Below are positions 24,149-30,393 of a stretch of 32,000 nt of DNA, piece after piece. The stretch lies in assembly GCA_965228485.1 (NCBI GenBank), contig OZ245819.1, forward strand, positions 600,001-632,000, given 5' to 3'. The translations under genes were made by a program, and so were the position numbers. Source of the DNA: Candidatus Saccharimonadota bacterium. Lineage in GTDB: Bacteria; Patescibacteriota; Gracilibacteria; UBA4473. Positions within the stretch are counted from its first letter, which is position 1, and every line of letters begins with the position of its first letter. The notes under the pieces were generated by a model that was given only the letters and a program-made list of their open reading frames with translations, had not been told where the DNA came from and did no database searches.

Positions 24149-27100
24149 TCAGGCGCCTGTTCCAGCTCCGTCACCACTATCCCCACTATCACCGCTATCT
24201 CCACTACCATCTCCACTAGCGGCTCCTTTATTATGGACGAGAACTCCATCAGCATAGAATGTATGATAATTCTCAATAGAGCTTAGATTGTACACCTGTA
24301 CTTCTCCAGACACTACTTCTAGACTTTCTACTTCTACCAGACTCCCATCTGATAGATGTAGTTTATCTCCAGTTTCTAGTAGTTCTGCTTCTACTTCATG
24401 TTCTGATAGAGCTTTTTCTGGTGAAATAGCCGTCCATCCAGTGTATCCACTCGCTTTAGTTGCATAGATTGGATGATTCTCTGTTACATTTAGAACTCCT
24501 CCGTTAACTACACAGTAACCTTCGGCCTTTGGAGCGTGAGTAGCTAAGACTTTAGCTTCTTTTTGTTCTCCAGATTCTTCATCATAAGCTACTACTGTAT
24601 CCCCTACCACTACATCTTCAATATTCTTTTGAGTTCCATCCGCCATTGATACTTTTGTTCCAGCTACAAAACAATTACCACTATCTCCACTATCACTATC
24701 TCCACTATCTCCACTATCACTATCTCCACTATCTCCACTATCACTATCTCCACTATCTCCACTATCACTATCTCCACTGTCACCATCTCTACCACCTCCA
24801 TCGCCACGAGGATCTGGCACGATTACAACATTTGGATCAACAACACGACCTCTTTGTTCTCCATATCGATTAATTACGGTCGTAGTACAGTATGGTCCTG
24901 GAACTCCACATGGAAGTCCTGTTCGGATAAAGTTATATCCTTCAGGAATATCTGGCATTGGTTCATCTAATTCAAGTAGTCCTAATTCATCATATTTACA
25001 TCGAATAAGTCCTTGAGTATCGATTGCTCTCATTCCTCCATAGGAATCTTGAACATAGAGCCATCGATTCATTTCTCGCTTGGCAGCGGTTTGTCCATAG
25101 TCACTTTTGATCATTTCATCAAAAGACTCAAAAGTTCTAACGGTCTTAGAACCATCCGGAGTAGTAATTGTTACCTCCCAACCACCTTTAACCGCTTGTC
25201 CTTCCACTACATTTGTTACTCGAGCTCGCTCTCCTCTCGTAGTATCAATATTGATATAAGAGAAACTTCCTCGATCCTCAATTTCTTTTTGAGCCGCTGA
25301 ACGTACAGCTTCAACTTTTTCTGGAGCTTGTCGCCCAAATTCTTGCCAGGCTTCATCCACCGTCCCAATATATCCTTGAGCCCTTCTTCTTGCCCAATCA
25401 ATTTTTAGCGTTCGAACTTCTGCATCTTTTCGAGATTGTTCTTCGGCTTCATTATAATTATCTTTGAAGTTTTGGAACCATTCTCGTGGTTCAACTGTTA
25501 CTTTTCCAGTTTCCCCATTCATCACTGGTTGGAATAGACGATCTAGTAACTGTCGACTTGGTCGTACCGTAGCTTTCCCTGAAGCCAGTAGTCCACTAAT
25601 TTTGTCTCGACTAATTTCCCCAGCTGAGGGTTCCCATACTTGTCCTACAACCCTAGTAGCTCCTCGAGTACGAGTAACTCCATCAAAAGTTGTTCCTGTA
25701 TATCGTTCTCGCCCAGTACTAATATGCTGACCACTCTCTCTTACTCGTGTAGTTTGAGAGTAGCTGTCTGTATAGTGATGAGTATAAGTATCAGTTCGTG
25801 TTTTGAAGATATGAAATCGTCCACCAAGACGATTATCAATCGTCATTAGCTCACCATCAACCTCGTAGTTTAGGTCTGGAAAACCGATAGTTGTATTGGT
25901 GTAATCTTCGATAGCACTTTTCCAGTGATCAAGATATTTTAGATCTTTACCATCATCTAAACCTCGTTCTTGAACAATCTTAACAATTTCATCGGCTTTC
26001 TCTTCGTAGGCCTGTCGCATTGATTGAACAATCTCTGGAAGTTTAGCATTGAGTTCGATGGTCGTTCCATCTTTAGAATAATGTCCTGCAAATTCTGCAA
26101 GTTTCAGAATTAGATCTGCATCAATTTTACCATCTTGAGGTGTATTGAACCCAAAGTAAGTGAGGGCACCTTCTAAATTCCCAATGGCATCAGGACTCAT
26201 CCCTACTAGACCTTTTATAACCTCCTTCAGTTCTGGCCTAGATTTTAGTAGATCAGAAAGTTCAGAATTTGGAGATTCATAGTTTTTCAGAGCTTCTGTT
26301 GATTTAGCACCAAAAACTCCATCTGGATTTGCACCAATGGCTTCTTGAATAGCTCGAACTGCTTTATTTAATGCCACCCGAGTTCCTCCGCCAATGACTC
26401 CATCAACTTCAATATCTGGATCAATAAGTTCGTTAATAGCTCGTTGCAAGGCTTCTGGATCATCTGTTTTTCCTGTTTTCACATAATCCAAAATAACTTT
26501 CCAAGAACTTGGTACTTCTTTTCCAGCTTCTAGCTCTTTGATAAGTTCTTCTGTTCGTTTATCTAGATCCGCATCTCTTTCTGGATTATCTTTATCTGGG
26601 GCTTCTGTTTCCACTGGTTTAGCAGGGGCTTCATAATTTTCACCATTTCCAACCTTAGCCTCTGGGCGAAGATGTCTGAGAGTATAAGCGTAAACTCTAA
26701 AGGCTTCTCGAGTTTTACCTCCGAAGTCTTTATCTACTGTTAAAGCTTTAATCCCTTTAAGTTCTGATCGTACTTCTGCTGGAACTTTGTACAGTTTTCC
26801 ATCCGGACCTGTAAAAGTATCTTTAACTTCCCCTGTCTCTTCTACAAAGAACATAGCATTAAAAGCTTCTTGGAAAGCTCCAATATTTTCAGCTAAGTCT
26901 TCACTTACAAAACCAAAAGGTTTTAAAGCTTCTGCTAATTTGGCTTTAGCAGCTTCTGTATTATCGTTAAGATCATTTATACGAGTTTCTCCAACTTGTA
27001 GATTGGCTTTATCACGTTGAAATAATAGGTCTCCTCCGGCTTTGGCACCTATTACTTGATCGAGTGTTAGATGACCAAATTTTCCTTCAATTAAATGAAT

Positions 27101-27484
27101 AATTAGATCATCAAGTCCAACCCCCTCTGAGTTAAGATGATTCTCAAAATCATTAAAACTACTATTAAAAAGGCCATCTGGATCTAAGACATCTTCCAAA
27201 GACTGCTTAATAGATAGTTTTCCTTCCTTGATTTCAAACATTTCATCAATTCGAGTAGATCGAATATGATCACGAGCACTATCTGGCATATCATTTCCAA
27301 ACCAATCTAATGGGTTTGAAGATTCATTATTGTCAACAAGCTCTTGTAATTTCGTAAGCTCTGCTGCCACATCGCCTTTGATAGAGTCTAGCTTGGTATG
27401 ATCAAGCTCTGGAGATTCTGGACCTCCCGCCAAGAAAATATACTTGGCCTTTAGTTCGTTGCCGGTTTTTTGGAGAAATTTCAT
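24149..27484 (-). CDS. Large acidic protein: shared N-terminal motif + peptidoglycan-binding-like module + (D/S/G) repeats + C-terminal Hint (bacterial intein-like) domain
   Basis: I place the start at MKFLQKTG (27484). The track's TTG at 27538 coincides with the -35 box, and the ATG at 27511 lies inside TATAATGG. A PG_binding_1-like segment is present: ALQRAINELIDPDIEVDGVIGGGTRVALNKAVRAIQEAIGANPDGVFGAKSTEALKNY. The Hint domain runs CFVAGTKV...TENHP...VLVHN. No signal peptide or TM helix was seen. Confidence 0.8.
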   Translation of the reverse strand: MKFLQKTGNELKAKYIFLAGGPESPELDHTKLDSIKGDVAAELTKLQELVDNNESSNPLDWFGNDMPDSARDHIRSTRIDEMFEIKEGKLSIKQSLEDVLDPDGLFNSSFNDFENHLNSEGVGLDDLIIHLIEGKFGHLTLDQVIGAKAGGDLLFQRDKANLQVGETRINDLNDNTEAAKAKLAEALKPFGFVSEDLAENIGAFQEAFNAMFFVEETGEVKDTFTGPDGKLYKVPAEVRSELKGIKALTVDKDFGGKTREAFRVYAYTLRHLRPEAKVGNGENYEAPAKPVETEAPDKDNPERDADLDKRTEELIKELEAGKEVPSSWKVILDYVKTGKTDDPEALQRAINELIDPDIEVDGVIGGGTRVALNKAVRAIQEAIGANPDGVFGAKSTEALKNYESPNSELSDLLKSRPELKEVIKGLVGMSPDAIGNLEGALTYFGFNTPQDGKIDADLILKLAEFAGHYSKDGTTIELNAKLPEIVQSMRQAYEEKADEIVKIVQERGLDDGKDLKYLDHWKSAIEDYTNTTIGFPDLNYEVDGELMTIDNRLGGRFHIFKTRTDTYTHHYTDSYSQTTRVRESGQHISTGRERYTGTTFDGVTRTRGATRVVGQVWEPSAGEISRDKISGLLASGKATVRPSRQLLDRLFQPVMNGETGKVTVEPREWFQNFKDNYNEAEEQSRKDAEVRTLKIDWARRRAQGYIGTVDEAWQEFGRQAPEKVEAVRSAAQKEIEDRGSFSYINIDTTRGERARVTNVVEGQAVKGGWEVTITTPDGSKTVRTFESFDEMIKSDYGQTAAKREMNRWLYVQDSYGGMRAIDTQGLIRCKYDELGLLELDEPMPDIPEGYNFIRTGLPCGVPGPYCTTTVINRYGEQRGRVVDPNVVIVPDPRGDGGGRDGDSGDSDSGDSGDSDSGDSGDSDSGDSGDSDSGDSGNCFVAGTKVSMADGTQKNIEDVVVGDTVVAYDEESGEQKEAKVLATHAPKAEGYCVVNGGVLNVTENHPIYATKASGYTGWTAISPEKALSEHEVEAELLETGDKLHLSDGSLVEVESLEVVSGEVQVYNLSSIENYHTFYADGVLVHNKGAASGDGSGDSGDSGDSGDGAGTGA
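24230..24673 (-). other. Hint / bacterial intein-like (BIL) domain, 148 aa
   Basis: Block A Cys1 (N|CFVAGTKVSMADG), block B TxxH (VTENHPIY), and terminal blocks YNLSSIENYHTFYADGVLVHN|K. There is no endonuclease insert. The +1 residue is Lys, and only 26 aa (a Gly/Ser/Asp tail) follow. Confidence 0.8.
24678..24787 (-). repeat. Perfect 24-nt tandem repeat (~4.5 copies) encoding (SGDSGDSD)n
   Basis: The plus strand reads ctccactatctccactatcactat, iterated without a mismatch. It is in-frame (8 codons per unit) and sits immediately upstream of the Hint Cys1. Confidence 0.9.
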
Positions 27485-27509
27485 AACATTAAAATTGAAA
27501 AATCCGACC

Positions 27510-27538
27510 ATTATACCACAGAAGGAAGAAAAAATCAA
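27510..27538 (-). promoter_or_regulatory. Extended -10 promoter of the Hint-domain gene (TTGATT-N17-TATAAT, TGTGG upstream)
   Basis: The minus strand reads TTGATTttttcttccttcTGTGGTATAATgg. The -10 element ends 25 nt upstream of the ATG at 27484. Confidence 0.5.
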
Positions 27539-27589
27539 ATGACAAATTTTATACCAAACACAAATCGGGAAAAGAGTCGTTTTTAGTCA

Positions 27590-27618
27590 TTGATTTTAGA
27601 TTAAAAATATGTTAAAAT
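27590..27618 (+). promoter_or_regulatory. Promoter of the 894-aa gene (TTGATT-N17-TAAAAT with TG at -14/-15)
   Basis: TTGATTttagattaaaaatatgtTAAAAT. The -10 element ends 25 nt upstream of the ATG at 27644. It is divergent from the previous promoter. Confidence 0.4.
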
Positions 27619-27643
27619 CCTAGGATTTTGTGTATTTATATTA

Positions 27644-30328
27644 ATGAAGTTTTGGCCTCTCAGTCACAACAACACCGATACTCGATGGATATTCAATGGT
27701 CCACCGGGAGCGGCTAGTGGACCCAGTGAAGGCATAAATCTTGAAAGACTCGAAAAAGAGGAAGCAATAAGAAATACTGAATCTGCCCTCGCAGAACTAC
27801 AGTCACGAGTAGAAACTGAAAACGGAGTGGAAAATCTGAGCTTAGATGAAAAGTTAGATATTCTTATCAGGATAGCAAGAAACGAAGCTATATATGATGA
27901 TGAGGAAGATAGCAGAGGGAGGCTAGCCCAGGCACGAGACTGGGTTGGTTCGGGACTGGAAGGGGTAAGCGATATATCCAAACATATTGGACTCGGGGGG
28001 TTTGAAGGATTTACACGTTCAGCTCAGGAAGCCACGGATCTCTCAACAGAAGCTTATGTGATTTCGATTCTAAAAGACGACGTCGTCTTAACTCGTTTTC
28101 TCTCTGAGCACCAAGAGGACTCTTTTAATCTCTTTACTGATCGAGTTGGAGATAATACCTATAGAACTAAGCTTTTTGGTAACAAAAATTTAGAAGCCAA
28201 TGCAAATTTCATGGAACTACTCTCTCCAGCTCCAGAAAATAGGTACCTAGAAATAAATGGAACTCATTTTGTTCGAACTCCTCACGGTTATGCTGCCTTT
28301 TTCCCAAAATCAGAAGTTGGAAAAAGAGCGAAGATTGAGTCTACTACCGTTTTTAAAACTTCATCATCTTTAACACCCGAGTCTCCAGAAGCAGAAAGTT
28401 TAGTAAATTTAAAAAAAAATAATCCTTTTTTTAGAAATATAGAAAGTGGGGCTTCAGTTGCTGTACTTGAACAGAGACGAAAATTCAATTTTCATACTTC
28501 TCAAACCTGGAAAAGACTAGCAGATGAACTCAAAGAGTCTTTTAAAGATAGTCCTACTTTCCCGGAAATGGCAGATACTATTCCCGAATCATTTAAAGTG
28601 TTTCTAGATGGAAATTTTTATGCTAAAAATTTAATAACAGCATCAACACAAACAACTGCAAACATCGAAGTAATAGGAATTACAGAAGCATTATTCGCAA
28701 CAGATGAACCACATATTTTTAGAGAAAAAATTACAAAAGCAATTGGACTTATTGCAAAGCACCTAAAAGAAAAAATTGACACACTGAGTAAAAAAGCAAA
28801 AGAAGAAAAAGACCCAGAAAAAAAGAAAGAGTTACAAGAACAGTCAGAGCAAATTTCTAACAATATCCCTAAAATATTTGGAACTATTCAAGAATTTATC
28901 ACCGATGAATTAGAGAACAATAGCGCAGCTATGAATGCTAATGAAAAACTATTTTCACGAGAATTCCCAGACCTACCACCAGAAAGTATTAATACATTTT
29001 TAACTGAGTTCGATACAGAAATAAAAGACCTTATGGAAAGTAAGGAACTAACAGAGGGTGAAGCCATGCATATTGCAGGAACATTATTTGGAAAAATACT
29101 GGGAAGTAATCTTGAAGGCACTTTAGAAGATTATCCACACATAAAAAACCTTGTGTTAGCACGTATCAACATCATAACGAAAGAATATGGAATTACGTCT
29201 CTCTCTAAATCTGCCGAAGTAATACAACAGGAATATGAAATAGCGAGAGACCTAAATGATCCTAGTAGTCCTGTTTCTCAAATTGCTGCAGAATTGGGAA
29301 TCGATCCAAAAACAGAACTTTCCCTAGAAGACCTTGAGGCTATTGCTGCAAAACTTAAAGAAAAATACGAAGCTGCTGAAAAAGCTAATAAAGAAGGCGT
29401 AGGGATCCCAACACCTGTAATTACAAAATATCTAAGAAGTTATGAAAACTTCTTAGGAAAAGTCGCCAGACTTCGAGCCGCTCGTAGAGAGGCTGCAGAA
29501 GCTAGAGACGAAGCGATTACAGTCGAAAGAAATACTGAAACTATAATCCCAGAATTGGAAAATATTTTTGATCCTGAAACACCAGAAGGAAAAAGATTTC
29601 ATGAAACTGTAGATATATCTGCGGAGTATATTCGTGAATATGCAGCCCAAAATAATGGAGCTATCCCACCAGACTTTACGAGTGAAAAATTTAATGAAAT
29701 AAGTACTCGATTAGAAGCCGGAGAAAGTCCTGAATCTATCCGACTATCTCTTGGACTCAAATCTCAGACATCTTCTCCAGAGTCTATTTCTGGACAATAT
29801 TTATCTCCACGGGCTATTCCTGCTGGGGCGACCAATGCAAGAACTCTAGAAAATGGAAATTTAGCCTTCGATGCGGGATCAACAACAATCGAAGTAGATA
29901 GCACCACCAATCCTCCAAGCATGTTCCCTCACGGAACAGAAGGTCTACAGCGTGAATGGATGACTATGCCAGCAACCGCTAAAAATGTACTGGCAATACA
30001 AATTGGTGGGGCGGTAATGAGTGCCAGTGTGGAAGATGGTCAAGAAGGACTAGGATTGATGTTTAGAAAAATGGGACGAGAAAAGTTCCAGATTTTACTC
30101 AGAAACCTTTCTTTCCCAAGAATGGGAAGACTGCTTCAGCCAAAAGAAGAAGAGGGGCTTCAGGCTATAAAAAACCAATTTGGAAGCATTGATATTATTT
30201 TCGAAAAACTGGGACTCCTTCGTGAAGACGGCCAAGCCGCTCCCGAAAATGTCGATGCCCGTACATCTGAACAATTTTTCAATATTCTTACCAGCGCAGC
30301 CGTTGGAAACTTCAAGTCTCTTGAGTAA
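27644..30328 (+). CDS. 894-aa acidic, helical protein of unknown function with the shared N-terminal motif
   Basis: Long uninterrupted ORF with normal coding texture. The N-terminus is MKFWPLSHNNTDTRWIFNGPPGAASGPS. It has Glu/Lys-rich coiled-coil-like stretches. No signal peptide, TM helix or recognisable domain was seen. Confidence 0.75.
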   Translation: MKFWPLSHNNTDTRWIFNGPPGAASGPSEGINLERLEKEEAIRNTESALAELQSRVETENGVENLSLDEKLDILIRIARNEAIYDDEEDSRGRLAQARDWVGSGLEGVSDISKHIGLGGFEGFTRSAQEATDLSTEAYVISILKDDVVLTRFLSEHQEDSFNLFTDRVGDNTYRTKLFGNKNLEANANFMELLSPAPENRYLEINGTHFVRTPHGYAAFFPKSEVGKRAKIESTTVFKTSSSLTPESPEAESLVNLKKNNPFFRNIESGASVAVLEQRRKFNFHTSQTWKRLADELKESFKDSPTFPEMADTIPESFKVFLDGNFYAKNLITASTQTTANIEVIGITEALFATDEPHIFREKITKAIGLIAKHLKEKIDTLSKKAKEEKDPEKKKELQEQSEQISNNIPKIFGTIQEFITDELENNSAAMNANEKLFSREFPDLPPESINTFLTEFDTEIKDLMESKELTEGEAMHIAGTLFGKILGSNLEGTLEDYPHIKNLVLARINIITKEYGITSLSKSAEVIQQEYEIARDLNDPSSPVSQIAAELGIDPKTELSLEDLEAIAAKLKEKYEAAEKANKEGVGIPTPVITKYLRSYENFLGKVARLRAARREAAEARDEAITVERNTETIIPELENIFDPETPEGKRFHETVDISAEYIREYAAQNNGAIPPDFTSEKFNEISTRLEAGESPESIRLSLGLKSQTSSPESISGQYLSPRAIPAGATNARTLENGNLAFDAGSTTIEVDSTTNPPSMFPHGTEGLQREWMTMPATAKNVLAIQIGGAVMSASVEDGQEGLGLMFRKMGREKFQILLRNLSFPRMGRLLQPKEEEGLQAIKNQFGSIDIIFEKLGLLREDGQAAPENVDARTSEQFFNILTSAAVGNFKSLE

Positions 30329-30342
30329 TAAGACAGAAGCAT

Positions 30343-30371
30343 TTCAAAAAAACATTAATCTGTGGTATAAT
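30343..30371 (+). promoter_or_regulatory. Extended -10 promoter of the third large gene (TTCAAA-N17-TATAAT, TGTGG upstream)
   Basis: TTCAAAaaaacattaatcTGTGGTATAATgg, followed by GAGGA 3 nt before the ATG at 30394. Confidence 0.45.
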
Positions 30372-30393
30372 GGAGAGATTTTTTTGAGGAACA

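Noticed and set aside
24057-24276. Small ORFs on both strands (PAPSPLSPLSPL... and MRIIIHSMLMEF...) at the 3' end of the Hint-domain gene
   Set aside because: They are alternative-frame or antisense readings of the Gly/Ser/Asp tail and Hint domain, and they span the terminator hairpin. They are not independent genes.
24230-24673. Canonical mobile intein (a splicing element) in a host gene
   Set aside because: There is no C-extein of substance (a 26-aa low-complexity tail only). The +1 residue is Lys, not Cys/Ser/Thr, and there is no homing-endonuclease insert. A BIL/Hint autoprocessing domain fits better.
24678-24787. Possible CRISPR array, because of the short perfect direct repeats
   Set aside because: The repeats are directly tandem with no spacers, are only 24 nt long, are in-frame within a long ORF, and have no cas genes nearby.
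24646-24873. 75-aa plus-strand ORF reading ...YHYLHYHYLHYLHYHYLHY...
   Set aside because: It is the antisense reading of the (SGDSGDSD)n tandem repeat inside the Hint-domain gene. It is low-complexity, has no start context of its own, and lies entirely within a well-supported gene on the other strand.
27485-27538. 18-aa N-terminal extension (MIFSSFCGIMVGFFNFNV) of the 1129-aa ORF in the track
   Set aside because: The track's start is a TTG that coincides with the -35 hexamer TTGATT, and the next ATG lies inside TATAATGG. Starting at MKFLQK (27484) aligns the N-terminus with those of the two neighbouring large proteins.
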